Shown here: piece by piece, positions 17,697 through 27,977 of the stretch | How positions within the stretch are numbered: position 1 is the first letter of the stretch | Layout of the letters: each line of letters begins with the position of its first letter | Origin: Parcubacteria group bacterium Greene0416_36 | GTDB taxonomy: Bacteria; Patescibacteriota; Patescibacteriia; VMEV01 | Length of the DNA stretch: 64,000 nt | Direction of reading: 5' to 3' | NCBI GenBank assembly: GCA_007375725.1 | Contig: VMEV01000001.1 | Span: 15,503 to 79,502, forward strand | The notes under the pieces: model-generated | The model's input: the letters and a program-made list of their open reading frames with translations, nothing else | Told to the model about the DNA's origin: nothing | The model's database searches: none | Translations under genes and position numbers: made by a program

Positions 17697-18494
17697 TTAT
17701 TGCATCCCTACAACCGCCAGCAAAGTCCGAGTTCGCTTTTCACGTTCTCGATAATGGGAGGGAAGACCGCTGCAAATGGTGCAAATGCAGTGGGAGGCAT
17801 CAATATTTTCTTCCAAAATACCTCGACGCAAAAGGGATTGTTTATTGCAAAAGAGTAAATCAAGAAAAGCTCCCGACTTTTTGGTTTTGGGATTGAAAGC
17901 CATCCGAACCGAACCCTCACCGAATTCGGATTTGAATCGCTTCCACCGACAAGGCTCAGGATAATCTTTATCAACGGCATTGACCACATCGTAGCAACAG
18001 GCAAGGGCCGAAGGGCATATAGTGACTCGAATATCAGAAGATTTTGACCCATTGGCAATAAAAAAATCCACCATTTTTCCAGGAAGACGCTTTCCTGTTC
18101 CCTCATACCCAGCATGAGCAACTCCACACACCTTCTTTACAGGATCATAATAAACCACAATTGGGCAATCTGCGGCATAAGCAACAAGAAAAACCCCATA
18201 ATCCCGAGTAAACAGTCCATCAGTATCCTCAATCGGACCTTTATTGGAACTCAAAATACTGGCTCCACGGTCCTTCTCAAATACCTCGACTATTTTATCT
18301 CCCCCAATTTGATTGGGGAATACGAGAGAGTTGACTGAAATTTCGTGTCTCTCACATATCTCTTCCCGAGCCAAAGAAACTTCTTTCTCATTCTTTCCGG
18401 AAACCAATTTCGGACATTCCTCCATGAAACAAAGTAAACCCTCAACCTCTTCTATCAAAACAACCGGCTTTTTCTTTTTCTCTAGAGTTAGCAT
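17697..18494 (-). CDS. YfiH/PgeF (DUF152) family purine nucleoside phosphorylase / peptidoglycan editing factor
   Basis: AADCPIVVYYDP....GVAHAGYEG matches the YfiH motif. Confidence 0.7.
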   Translation of the reverse strand: MLTLEKKKKPVVLIEEVEGLLCFMEECPKLVSGKNEKEVSLAREEICERHEISVNSLVFPNQIGGDKIVEVFEKDRGASILSSNKGPIEDTDGLFTRDYGVFLVAYAADCPIVVYYDPVKKVCGVAHAGYEGTGKRLPGKMVDFFIANGSKSSDIRVTICPSALACCYDVVNAVDKDYPEPCRWKRFKSEFGEGSVRMAFNPKTKKSGAFLDLLFCNKQSLLRRGILEENIDASHCICTICSGLPSHYREREKRTRTLLAVVGMQ

Positions 18495-18515
18495 AACTTC
18501 TCTCCTTTATTGAAA

Positions 18516-19562
18516 TTACAAAATACGATCCAAAATAAAGAGCGCCAATCCAAATGCCGCGGATACGGCAGAAATCACCCAAAAACGCATGACGATTTTG
18601 GATTCCGGCCAGCCGATGGCTTCAAGATGATGATGGATTGGGGCTGACAGAAACACCTTTTTACCACGAAATCGTTTGGACAACAACTGGATAATCACGG
18701 AAAGCGACTCAACCACAAACAAAATACCAATAATCGGCAGGAATAATGCGGTATTGGTGAGCATGGCCATGATGCCCAAGACCACACCAAGTGACATGGC
18801 CCCGGTGTCTCCCATATAAAAACGAGCCGGAGGAATATTGTACCAGAGAAATGCCAAAAGGCTTCCCATGATCACGCCGCAAAAAGCGGCCAAATCATAT
18901 CGGCCCAATAAGAAAGCCATCACCGCCATAGACATAAAAGCGGCCAAAAGTGTTCCTCCGGCCAACCCATCGAGGCCGTCGATTTCATTGACCGAAAAGG
19001 CGGTAGCCACAATGATGAAAATAAAGATGGGAATATACCACCAACCAATGGAAAAATCACCCAAAAAAGGAACATGAAAAATATCCCAGCCCAATTTTGA
19101 ATAGAACCACCAGGCGCAAATCGAGGCGACAACCGTGTACAGACCCAAACGCTGTTTCATGGTGAATCCGCCGGATTTAGAGATCATGCGGTTGATATTG
19201 AACCAATCATCCGCCATTCCCACCAATCCCGCCAAAACCAAGGCACCCAGAGGCAAAAGAGTCTCGGATCGACTCAAAAAATTGAGTCTGCCGATCCATG
19301 AATCCGGAAACCAGGAATGGAGATAAAAAAATAGGAGAGCCAGGCACAGTGTCGTTCCCCACATCAAAATTCCACCCATAGTGGGAGTTCCTGCTTTTTT
19401 GGCATGAAGAGCGCTCATGACGGGCGTCGAACCGTCGCTGCGGATATGTTTGCCCATCTTATATTTATAAAGAAAATGGCTCAGAAACGGCGTCACTATA
19501 AAGGCCGCCACAAAAGATAAAGTCGCTAGAAACAAAATTTTTACCAAATAAAAACCGAGCAT
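18516..19562 (-). CDS. mraY: Phospho-N-acetylmuramoyl-pentapeptide transferase
   Basis: NEIDGLDGLAGG and MGDTGAMSLG motifs. Confidence 0.9.
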   Translation of the reverse strand: MLGFYLVKILFLATLSFVAAFIVTPFLSHFLYKYKMGKHIRSDGSTPVMSALHAKKAGTPTMGGILMWGTTLCLALLFFYLHSWFPDSWIGRLNFLSRSETLLPLGALVLAGLVGMADDWFNINRMISKSGGFTMKQRLGLYTVVASICAWWFYSKLGWDIFHVPFLGDFSIGWWYIPIFIFIIVATAFSVNEIDGLDGLAGGTLLAAFMSMAVMAFLLGRYDLAAFCGVIMGSLLAFLWYNIPPARFYMGDTGAMSLGVVLGIMAMLTNTALFLPIIGILFVVESLSVIIQLLSKRFRGKKVFLSAPIHHHLEAIGWPESKIVMRFWVISAVSAAFGLALFILDRIL

Positions 19563-19571
19563 AAAAATTGA

Positions 19572-19925
19572 TTATTGAGAAATAAGGCCCCTCAAAAAAA
19601 CGGCAAATACAAAAAGCAATATATTGAAAAAAATAGAGCTCAAAAGGAGCCAATACGATAAAACACTCGGTTTTCTAGACAAAAAGAACAAAAACAGGTG
19701 CAGGCAACAAATCCCCAAACCAAATGCCCCCAGAAAAAATATATTATACCCGGAACCCAAAAAATCAATGCCTGTATAGATACTATAATGAAGGGGCACC
19801 CGCTCCCATCCCGCATCCACCCAATGAAACAAAAATCCCCACAAAATAAGATTTAGAACAAAACCCAATCCAGCCAAAATTTTCATGATCAAATCCTCTT
19901 TAAAAACGTCCTTTAAAAAAATCAT
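19572..19925 (-). CDS. Hypothetical 4-TM membrane protein
   Basis: Hydrophobic 117-aa ORF immediately upstream of mraY on the same strand. Confidence 0.4.
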   Translation of the reverse strand: MIFLKDVFKEDLIMKILAGLGFVLNLILWGFLFHWVDAGWERVPLHYSIYTGIDFLGSGYNIFFLGAFGLGICCLHLFLFFLSRKPSVLSYWLLLSSIFFNILLFVFAVFLRGLISQ

Positions 19926-20050
19926 ATTGACCCAGCCTTATAAAACAAGTTACTTTAACTATAAGCAACATTTTATTTTTTTTCCAAATATACTATACTT
20001 ACTTGTTCTCCAAATCAGAAAATCTCGACTTAAATACCCATTGGAATATT

Positions 20051-21946
20051 ATGAAATATCTATCTAAAAGAAATATTATTATCTATGCGGTCTTCGTCTC
20101 CATTGTTGGAATATATTTCGTCGCCAGAGGAGAACCAAACATCGAATACGATTTTGTCATTGCCCAAAAATCCAACCTCCAGCAGGAGGTATCGGTGAGT
20201 GGAACCGTGACCCCCGTGGATCAGGTCGAATTATCTTTCGAAGCCACGGGCAAGATCGCCAAAATCAACAAGAAAGTGGGAGACGAAGTCGCCAAAGACC
20301 AAGAAATTATCGCGCTCGATGCCGGCGATCTGTGGGCCCAGCTACAAAGAAAACAAGCGGTCCTAGGCAATGCCCAATCGCAATACAAACAAAGCCAGCT
20401 GGAGCTAGAACTAGAACAAATAAAACTGGATGAAATCAAAAAAGGAGCACGCATCGAAGAAGTCACCCTCTCAGAAACCAAGGTTTCCAATCTGGAAGCA
20501 CAAAGGACGGATCTGGAACAAAATCTGACCGAAACCAAAGAGATCTCGGCCACCCAGCTTCAAAATGCAGGAAATAACCTGAAAGATGCCAAAAACCAGC
20601 TCAGCATCACGGAAGAAAAGGCCGACATTGATCTAGCCAATGTCTACGCCAAAAGCGAAGATGTCGCGGAAGACACCTTCGGCAAAGCCCAAGAAGCCGT
20701 GAGCAAGCAAACTGATGAACTATTCAACGCTGATAATTCCGCAGATCCCCAGCTTTCTTTCTTCACCAGTTCCGCGCCCCTCGAACAAGCGGCTGAAACT
20801 GGCAGGCGCCTTGCCCAAATAACCTTAGAGGAGTTAGCCACCCAATTAATCGTATTCCCCCCCGATCCGCTCCAGTCGGAGTCACTGCTGCGCGACATGC
20901 AGAAAAAACTCTCCTCCACACGGGACTGGATGAGCGGGCTCTTGGCCACCGTCGACGCAGCATTATCCCTGGACCAAACCACCAAAGACCGCTTCAAATC
21001 CAATATCGCTTTGGGACGCACAAATCTCACCTTGGCTGTCACTTCCCTCTCCAATCAGTTACAGCTGATCTCCTCGCAAAAAATCACCAATCAAAACAAT
21101 GTAACCCTTGCGAAAAGCACCTACAATGCCGCAAAAAATAATTTTGACCTGACACAAAATTCCACAAAAAATAATATCTCCCTGTCTCAAAACCGAATCA
21201 ATGAGGTGGAAAACTCTCTGGAATTGGCCAAAAAAGAATTGGAACTCAAAAAAGCGACCGGCACTCCGGAACAGCTGGCCAGCCAAGCGCTCATTATTCG
21301 GCGATCAGAAATCGCCTTATCTTTGGCCGCCAACCAAATCCGTCAGGCCCAAGCTGATATTAGAGAACAATACTCCCGAATCAGCAAAACTGTGATCAAG
21401 GCGCCTTTTGCTGGAACCATTACCCTGCTTGATGCCAAACAAGGGGAATCGGTCACTCCCAATAAAATTGTGGTTGCCATCATTACTCAAGGCGTCTACG
21501 AAATCCTAACCCATATTCCGGAAGCCGATATTGCTAAAATTCAGCTCGGAAACAAAGCCCATGTGCGCCTAGATGCGTACGGAAACGATGTTCCCTTCGA
21601 AGCCGAAATAACCAGAATCGATCCGGCAGAAACCGTCATTGACGGAGTCCCCACCTACCGAACCACGCTTGGCTTCACGGTTCAAGATCCCCGAATCAAG
21701 TCCGGAATGACCGCGGATCTCGATATCCAAACCGCATCCAGAACCCATGTTTTGGCAGTTCCCCAGCGCGCTGTGATTGAAAAACAGAATAAAAAATTTC
21801 TGCAAACACTGAACAGTGAGAATCAAATCATAGAAAAAGAAATTTCCACCGGACTCAAAGCCTCAGACGGCAATATTGAAATAACCGCAGGAATCGAGGA
21901 AGGCGAAAAAGTAATTGTGTTTATCGGAAAACAAAACGGCAACTAG
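20051..21946 (+). CDS. HlyD-family periplasmic adaptor (membrane fusion protein) with a very long coiled coil
   Basis: N-terminal TM, biotinyl-lipoyl-like SGTVTPVDQVELSFEATGKIAKINKKVGDEV, long heptad region, C-terminal beta domain. First gene of the operon with an ABC ATPase and permease. Confidence 0.7.
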   Translation: MKYLSKRNIIIYAVFVSIVGIYFVARGEPNIEYDFVIAQKSNLQQEVSVSGTVTPVDQVELSFEATGKIAKINKKVGDEVAKDQEIIALDAGDLWAQLQRKQAVLGNAQSQYKQSQLELELEQIKLDEIKKGARIEEVTLSETKVSNLEAQRTDLEQNLTETKEISATQLQNAGNNLKDAKNQLSITEEKADIDLANVYAKSEDVAEDTFGKAQEAVSKQTDELFNADNSADPQLSFFTSSAPLEQAAETGRRLAQITLEELATQLIVFPPDPLQSESLLRDMQKKLSSTRDWMSGLLATVDAALSLDQTTKDRFKSNIALGRTNLTLAVTSLSNQLQLISSQKITNQNNVTLAKSTYNAAKNNFDLTQNSTKNNISLSQNRINEVENSLELAKKELELKKATGTPEQLASQALIIRRSEIALSLAANQIRQAQADIREQYSRISKTVIKAPFAGTITLLDAKQGESVTPNKIVVAIITQGVYEILTHIPEADIAKIQLGNKAHVRLDAYGNDVPFEAEITRIDPAETVIDGVPTYRTTLGFTVQDPRIKSGMTADLDIQTASRTHVLAVPQRAVIEKQNKKFLQTLNSENQIIEKEISTGLKASDGNIEITAGIEEGEKVIVFIGKQNGN

Positions 21947-21949
21947 AAT

Positions 21950-22681
21950 ATGGAAAAAGTAAAAATCATAGAAACAAGAAATCTTCAAAAAACATACTTT
22001 TCCTCTGAAGGTCTCCCCACTCCCGCTCTCCGAGACATCAGCATCACCATTTCCAAAGGCGAGTTCGTCTCGATTATGGGACCTTCGGGATCCGGCAAAT
22101 CAACCTTGCTTCATATTTTAGGATTATTGGACGAACCCACGAAAGGCGACTATTTTCTGGATGGCAAAAATATAAAAGATTATGATAAAGAAGCCATCGC
22201 CTCACTCCGAAATGAAAAAATCGGCTTCATTTTTCAATTCTTCAACTTACTGGCCCGAACCAGTGTCTTTGATAATGTCATATTGCCGCTTCTCTACAGC
22301 AAGGTCCCAGAAAAAGACTGGAAACATCGAGCCCTGGAAGCCATTGAAGCTGTCAATCTCGGACACCGGAAAGATTACCTGCCCTCCCAGCTCTCTGGAG
22401 GCGAAAAACAAAGAGTCGCCATCGCGCGAGCCTTGGTGACTGACCCTTCCATAATATTCGCTGATGAACCCACGGGAAACCTCGACTCAAGAAATGGACA
22501 TAATATCTTGGAAATTCTCCAGAATCTCAATGAAAAGCAAGGCCGAACCATCATTCTCATTACCCACGAATCCCACGCCGCCGCCCACGCCCAAAGGAAA
22601 ATCATCTTGAAAGACGGCCTCGTGGAAATCGACGAAAAAATTCTCAATCAGCTCAGACCCACCGACGTAATTATCAAATAG
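21950..22681 (+). CDS. ABC transporter ATP-binding protein (MacB/LolD-like)
   Basis: [26 protein letters not shown] and [11 protein letters not shown] motifs. Confidence 0.9.
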   Translation: MEKVKIIETRNLQKTYFSSEGLPTPALRDISITISKGEFVSIMGPSGSGKSTLLHILGLLDEPTKGDYFLDGKNIKDYDKEAIASLRNEKIGFIFQFFNLLARTSVFDNVILPLLYSKVPEKDWKHRALEAIEAVNLGHRKDYLPSQLSGGEKQRVAIARALVTDPSIIFADEPTGNLDSRNGHNILEILQNLNEKQGRTIILITHESHAAAHAQRKIILKDGLVEIDEKILNQLRPTDVIIK

Positions 22682-22692
22682 TTTCCAAATTT

Positions 22693-23931
22693 ATGAAATG
22701 GAAACACTACCTCAAAACTGCGGCCGGCGGACTTCTCGTCCATAAATCACGATCAGTCTTGACGATTTTAGGAATTGTGATTGGAATCGCCGCCATTATC
22801 ATGATTTCATCTCTTGGGGAAGGCGCCAACCAGCTCATTCTGAGAGAAATCCAAGCAATGGGATCCCGAACCCTAGTGGTCACTCCCGGAAAAGAACCGC
22901 GGGGTCCATCAAATATAAATTCTCTATTTCTGGATGCTCTCAAGGAAAGGGAACTCAAAGCTCTCCAAGATCAGTCCAAAGTCCCTTCTGTAGTGGATGC
23001 AACACCTATGATCATTGTACCCGGAAGCGTTTCTTATGGAGGCGAAACCTATGATCCCACGACTATGGGCAGTTCTGAAAATTTTGCCGAACTCATGGAT
23101 GTCTACCCCAACCCAGGACGATTTTTCAATGCCGAGGAAGTCCGCCAAAATGAAAGCGTCGCCATTATCGGCTCCGAGGTAAAAAATAAACTTTTCGGCC
23201 CTTCCGAAGGCCTTGGCGCAAAAATAAAAATACGAGGGCGCTATTTCCGAGTGATCGGTATTTTCCCACAAACCGGCAGTTCTATTTTCTTTAATATGGA
23301 TGACTTGATAGTGATCCCATATACCACGGGACAAAGATATTTATTGGGTACGGACCATTTCTTCGAAATCATTGTGCGGGCCCAGAGCGAAGCCTTGGTT
23401 CCGCGAGCCGTAGCCGAAATAGAAGCCACCCTCCGAGAAACCCAAGGAATCACGGATCCGGAAAAAGATTATTTCCATATCCATACACAAATCGATCTGG
23501 CTGACCGAGTAGGTCTGGTCGGGACAATTCTAACCCTCCTGCTCTCTTCCATCGCCGCCATATCTCTCCTGGTAGGCGGCATCGGCATCATGAATATCAT
23601 GCTGGTATCCGTGACCGAACGCACCCGAGAAATCGGTCTGCGAAAAGCAATCGGCGCCACGGAGAAAAATATCATGACCCAATTCGTGTTGGAAGCCATT
23701 TTGCTTACGGGACTGGGCGGAATAATTGGAACAACCCTCGGCATAACAGCCTCTTTCATTATTGGACAACTCATACGCCGCTTTGGGGGCCTTGAATGGG
23801 TCTTCTCGATTCCCATAGCCTCGGCTTTGGTCGGCATCACCCTTTCCTGTTTGATCGGCCTGATTTTCGGCATATTCCCCGCCCGAAGCGCGGCCAAGAA
23901 AAATCCAATAGAGGCGCTAAGGTACGAATAA
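22693..23931 (+). CDS. ABC transporter permease (FtsX/MacB-type)
   Basis: N-terminal TM, large periplasmic domain, C-terminal 3-TM FtsX-like block ending IEALRYE. Confidence 0.85.
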   Translation: MKWKHYLKTAAGGLLVHKSRSVLTILGIVIGIAAIIMISSLGEGANQLILREIQAMGSRTLVVTPGKEPRGPSNINSLFLDALKERELKALQDQSKVPSVVDATPMIIVPGSVSYGGETYDPTTMGSSENFAELMDVYPNPGRFFNAEEVRQNESVAIIGSEVKNKLFGPSEGLGAKIKIRGRYFRVIGIFPQTGSSIFFNMDDLIVIPYTTGQRYLLGTDHFFEIIVRAQSEALVPRAVAEIEATLRETQGITDPEKDYFHIHTQIDLADRVGLVGTILTLLLSSIAAISLLVGGIGIMNIMLVSVTERTREIGLRKAIGATEKNIMTQFVLEAILLTGLGGIIGTTLGITASFIIGQLIRRFGGLEWVFSIPIASALVGITLSCLIGLIFGIFPARSAAKKNPIEALRYE

Positions 23932-23933
23932 AA

Positions 23934-23970
23934 CAAGTAGGGGCGGTCACATAGGACCGCCCCTACTTGT
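23934..23970. terminator. GC-rich hairpin of the gtaggggc...gcccctac family (bidirectional terminator-like)
   Basis: caagtaggggcggtc-acatag-gaccgcccctacttg, between convergent genes. Confidence 0.55.
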
Positions 23971-23980
23971 TTGTATCTTT

Positions 23981-24973
23981 CTAAGCAAACGCCAAATTCA
24001 CATCCGGCTGAGCGAACGATCCCAAAAGAGAGACTTTTGCTCGAATCAAATCCTGCCGGCTCATTTTTTTCGCCTGAGCAATCTTAGCTTTCGAAACCGC
24101 ATATTTGATAATGGCTCCAGGGATATCCACACCAGTGGCTTGCATGATGCCCTCGAATCCAGGATTAGAATTCACCTCGATGATCTGCGGCCCTTCGTGG
24201 GTGCGGAGCATATCCACGCCGGCAATCTCGATGCCGATGACTTTGGCAGCTTTCAGAGCCAGCGTCTTCTCATCAGGAGTAAGATCCACTTTCGCCACAC
24301 TCCCGCCCAAATGAAAATTGGACCGGAATTCGCCGGGCTTGGCCGTCCGCTCCATGGCGGCAATGACTTTGCCTCCCACGACAAAAATCCGCAAATCTTT
24401 GCCTTTGGCTTCTTCAATATATTCTTGGATGAGATATTCATTTCCATGCCAGTCCATGAGTAAATCCATCACCGAAGTCAATGTCTGAGCATCCGGAATA
24501 TATAAAACTCCTTTTCCTTGGGTGCCGCAGGCTTTTTTGATCACCACTGGAAACTTGCCGAGTTTTTCCACGGCCTTTTCAATTTGATCCCGTGAATACG
24601 CGACAATGGTCCGCGGAATAGGAATATGATGATGATCCAAATATTGCAAAGTTCGAATCTTATTTTTCGTAATGATCACTGGCAAATGAGTATTGACCAC
24701 GGTATAACCGCAATACTGAAGATGTTTGATCGCACCCGCTTCCAGATCATAGTTATCGTTAAATCCAGGGCGCACAATCACCACATCCACTTTCCCCAAC
24801 GGCTTATTTTTATATAAAAAACGTGTTTTTTTGCCGGTCCAGTCCAGCTGGCAATCGTGCTTCCTTATCACCCGTAAATCATGCCCCATCTCGCGAACCT
24901 TAGCACGAAGAACTCTCATGCTATGAGAAAAGTCCTCGTCTTTTTTTGTGTAGTGAAATATAGCTATCTGCAT
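23981..24973 (-). CDS. ATP-grasp ligase of the RimK family
   Basis: ATP-grasp pattern (VVIKKACGTQGKGV, LIQEYIEEAKGKDLRIFVVGGKV, IAGVDML). Confidence 0.75.
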   Translation of the reverse strand: MQIAIFHYTKKDEDFSHSMRVLRAKVREMGHDLRVIRKHDCQLDWTGKKTRFLYKNKPLGKVDVVIVRPGFNDNYDLEAGAIKHLQYCGYTVVNTHLPVIITKNKIRTLQYLDHHHIPIPRTIVAYSRDQIEKAVEKLGKFPVVIKKACGTQGKGVLYIPDAQTLTSVMDLLMDWHGNEYLIQEYIEEAKGKDLRIFVVGGKVIAAMERTAKPGEFRSNFHLGGSVAKVDLTPDEKTLALKAAKVIGIEIAGVDMLRTHEGPQIIEVNSNPGFEGIMQATGVDIPGAIIKYAVSKAKIAQAKKMSRQDLIRAKVSLLGSFAQPDVNLAFA

Positions 24974-25130
24974 ATTAAACTAGGATTTAGGGTCTAGAAT
25001 TTAGGATTCAGGAATAAAGAACAAACTCAAGTATCTCAAATTTATCCTGAATCCTAGATCCTTATTCCTGAATCCTGAAATTTGCCCCAAAGATAACAAA
25101 AAACAAAGAGAAAAGCAAAGCTTTCTCCCC

Positions 25131-25772
25131 TTATTTTGAAATTCGCAGATAGTTGATTTTTTTCCCCGCTTTCAAATGCTTTTTTTCGAAATGGGTTTGG
25201 ATCTGGAGGATCGGATCCAGATTTATTTGCGCGTGAATATCTTCCGTGGACTCGCCAATCTTCCAGCCCAACTCCGCCGCGATTTCTTTGGAATACAAAA
25301 ATAAATTCGGATCATCGGTTTTGAGATTCACCGTACCTGCTTGGCCCAGTAAATAGCGATAAAGATCCAAAAAAATATGTGAGGTCAGACGCCGCGCCGC
25401 TTGTCCTTTTTTGGGAAAAGGATCCGGAAAGGTGAGCCAGATCTCAGATACTGAACCCTCTTTTAAGAATTCTCGCAAAAACACTACATCCATTCGAATA
25501 AATAAAACATTTTCAAGCGTGAATTCTGATCTCATTTTCGCTCCATACCAAAGACGCTCCCCCTGCCGGTCCAGAGCGATGAAATTGGTATGAGGAAATT
25601 TCTTTGCCATTTCGATGGTGAAATCCCCTCGTCCGCATCCTAATTCCATTACCAGTGCTCCTTTTCGTGACAAAAAAAGCCCCAGCTTGGAGCGGAAATC
25701 CGGATCCGGCTTTTCAATCACCCCCGGCCACTCTTTTAAGGTTTCGATGAGTTTTTTTTTGATTCGAGGCAC
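25131..25772 (-). CDS. trmB: tRNA (guanine46-N7)-methyltransferase
   Basis: ELGCGRGDF and LTFPDPFPKK motifs. Confidence 0.8.
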   Translation of the reverse strand: MPRIKKKLIETLKEWPGVIEKPDPDFRSKLGLFLSRKGALVMELGCGRGDFTIEMAKKFPHTNFIALDRQGERLWYGAKMRSEFTLENVLFIRMDVVFLREFLKEGSVSEIWLTFPDPFPKKGQAARRLTSHIFLDLYRYLLGQAGTVNLKTDDPNLFLYSKEIAAELGWKIGESTEDIHAQINLDPILQIQTHFEKKHLKAGKKINYLRISK

Positions 25773-25774
25773 AT

Positions 25775-25860
25775 GACAAAAAAATTAAGAATGAAGAATT
25801 AAGAATGAAGCGGACTGTTGTTCATCTTTAATTCTTCATTCTTCATTCTTAATTATATGA
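25775..25860. repeat. AT-rich inverted repeat of the aattaagaatgaa family (copy c)
   Basis: aattaagaatgaagaattaagaatgaagcggactgttgttcatctttaattcttcattcttcattcttaatt. Confidence 0.5.
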
Positions 25861-25862
25861 CG

Positions 25863-26822
25863 CTATTTTTTCGACAACAGTAAGGCAAGTTTCACCGCTC
25901 CCGCTACCGGCGCTTGGGACGAAAAAATAAGATTCGCCTTGGGATAAAATTTCGCCATTTTATCGATGAATAAAGAACGGATATATTTTTTGCGATGGAG
26001 AATCGATCCAGCGATCACGAGATCGAATGAAATATATTTTAGTTTCAGCCGAGTAATCACGGCATGTACAGAGTCAAATAACTCCGAAACGGCTAGGATT
26101 TGAATGTCGCGAACCACGGAATCAGCGAAAGGATCCACCGAGTCTAAAAGCATGGCCAATTCTCCCATCTCACTTTTCCCAAACGAGGGGGCATAAATAT
26201 GACGCAAAATATCTCGGAAATCATGGATTTTGAAATGACCCATCACCAACTTTTCAAGCTTTGTTTTGGGTCCTCGCCCATCATAGCTCTTAGCTGCGGC
26301 TTCCAGAATTTTCCGCCCCAGCCAATATCCCCCGCCCTGATCAGCTAAGAGATAATCCAGTCCCGAAGAGGACGCACTCTCTCCTGCCGGATTGGCCCCG
26401 TAGCAATGAGTGCCAGTTCCGGCGATCAACGAAACACCGAAAGAGGCGTCTGATGCGCTCGGAAATACAATTTTTATATCATTTCCGGCCTCTCCATGCG
26501 CAACGCGGTAAGGTCTCAGCATTTTTTTAAATAAAATACTCGCTTTGATTTCATCCGATTCCATATCTAAGCCGGCCATACCCAAATAAGCCGCCGCTAC
26601 AGGCGCTCCTTTTTTCTTCAACTTTTTCCAAACTTTCGCAATCGTCTTCTCAATATTCTCGAAATTTTTATCCCTCCCGAGCATGGTATTCCAAGACCCA
26701 GGACCTCCTTTTTCCGTAAACAAAATCTTCCCGGCCATATCAGCAATCGCCACTTCCGTTTTAGTCGCCCCCGCGTCCACCCCGAGGAGGAAAGATTCTT
26801 TTTTAGTGGGTGAGAAAAACAT
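25863..26822 (-). CDS. BadF/BadG/BcrA/BcrD-type ATPase (N-acetylglucosamine kinase-like)
   Basis: LLGVDAGATKTEVAI N-terminal ASKHA motif and GTGTHCYG. Confidence 0.65.
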   Translation of the reverse strand: MFFSPTKKESFLLGVDAGATKTEVAIADMAGKILFTEKGGPGSWNTMLGRDKNFENIEKTIAKVWKKLKKKGAPVAAAYLGMAGLDMESDEIKASILFKKMLRPYRVAHGEAGNDIKIVFPSASDASFGVSLIAGTGTHCYGANPAGESASSSGLDYLLADQGGGYWLGRKILEAAAKSYDGRGPKTKLEKLVMGHFKIHDFRDILRHIYAPSFGKSEMGELAMLLDSVDPFADSVVRDIQILAVSELFDSVHAVITRLKLKYISFDLVIAGSILHRKKYIRSLFIDKMAKFYPKANLIFSSQAPVAGAVKLALLLSKK

Positions 26823-26836
26823 AGAAAATCCGTAAT

Positions 26837-27796
26837 TTACTGAATAGGTCTCATCTTCACGGGAACCCCACCCTCCGGCATAGGCACGCCCGAGAGATCA
26901 ATCACGCTCCGCTTGAAACACGCTTCTCCAGTGGAATGGGGCCAAGTCTGGGCATAATAATCATAAGGTTCATTTTTCTGGCCTTGATTATCGAGGCGAA
27001 AATTGGCACAGAGTTCGAACTCATTTTCAGATACAATGCGGTAGACAAAAGGCTTACCGGTCTCTTTATCGGCCCAGGATTCGGATGAGAGCCAGGTAGA
27101 CACCGATTTAATTTGGCCGAGATTCGCGGGAAACTCTTTTTTGATCGAATAAAAATTACGGACTTCATTCTCAATTTGGGACAATTTCTGGAGATTTTCT
27201 TCATCCAAACGGCGCATGCGAGTCTCGGCCGGACTCTCGACTATGGCAAAAGCCGTTACCAAAGAGCCTAAAACCAATACAATGGCCCCAATGGCGGAGT
27301 AGCGAATCACCGAATCGTTCTTTTTGGCCTCGCGGCGCTTGATATCATACAAATAATACCCAAATATAAAGGCGGTAATGCTCATGGTGACGAAAGCTTT
27401 GAGCATAAATTTCGTCGTCAGCTCGCCATCGAGAAAACTGTAAACCAAGGCCACGAGATAACCCAAAATGGTGACAGATGCGACGAATAGGATGAAATAA
27501 GACAACCAGCGACGAATGCCCGCCTCGAGCGATAACATTTTAGACACAATAGCCTTATTGATCTTCGACACCGCCAAAAAATAAATCGGCGCGCCGATAA
27601 TAATCGACGAAACCGCGAATTTAATCGCCCCCGAGCTGTACGCGGCCGAGTAATTCGTTACCAAATCCGGCACATATTTATTGACGACCTGATAAAGAAT
27701 CATGCCCACACTCGTCGCCGTGAAACTGAGCGCGACAAGAGAAAGCAAGTACCAAAAAGCGTATTGGGCGGAATTGGTGGGGGCGGGTTGGGACAT
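26837..27796 (-). CDS. Hypothetical membrane protein (N-terminal multi-TM, C-terminal soluble domain)
   Basis: ORF with several hydrophobic spans and a C-terminal Cys/Trp-containing domain. Confidence 0.4.
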   Translation of the reverse strand: MSQPAPTNSAQYAFWYLLSLVALSFTATSVGMILYQVVNKYVPDLVTNYSAAYSSGAIKFAVSSIIIGAPIYFLAVSKINKAIVSKMLSLEAGIRRWLSYFILFVASVTILGYLVALVYSFLDGELTTKFMLKAFVTMSITAFIFGYYLYDIKRREAKKNDSVIRYSAIGAIVLVLGSLVTAFAIVESPAETRMRRLDEENLQKLSQIENEVRNFYSIKKEFPANLGQIKSVSTWLSSESWADKETGKPFVYRIVSENEFELCANFRLDNQGQKNEPYDYYAQTWPHSTGEACFKRSVIDLSGVPMPEGGVPVKMRPIQ

Positions 27797-27841
27797 AAGA
27801 AAAAAATGAAAAATTAAGAATGGAGAATGAAGCAGCAGAAC

Positions 27842-27918
27842 AACAAACCCATCCCTAACCCTTCCCTTTGCTCCAGAGGCGCATCCGCCTTTGGCGGGAA
27901 CAAGGAAGGGAGCAAGGA
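27842..27918. repeat. Divergent member of the GC-rich palindromic repeat family
   Basis: aacaaacccatccctaacccttccctttgctcc..aggcgcatccgcct..ggagcaagg. Confidence 0.5.
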
Positions 27919-27977
27919 AATTTCGCTATTTGCTGATATTATTAATAATATCGTTTTTATTGATTTTATTCAAAAAT

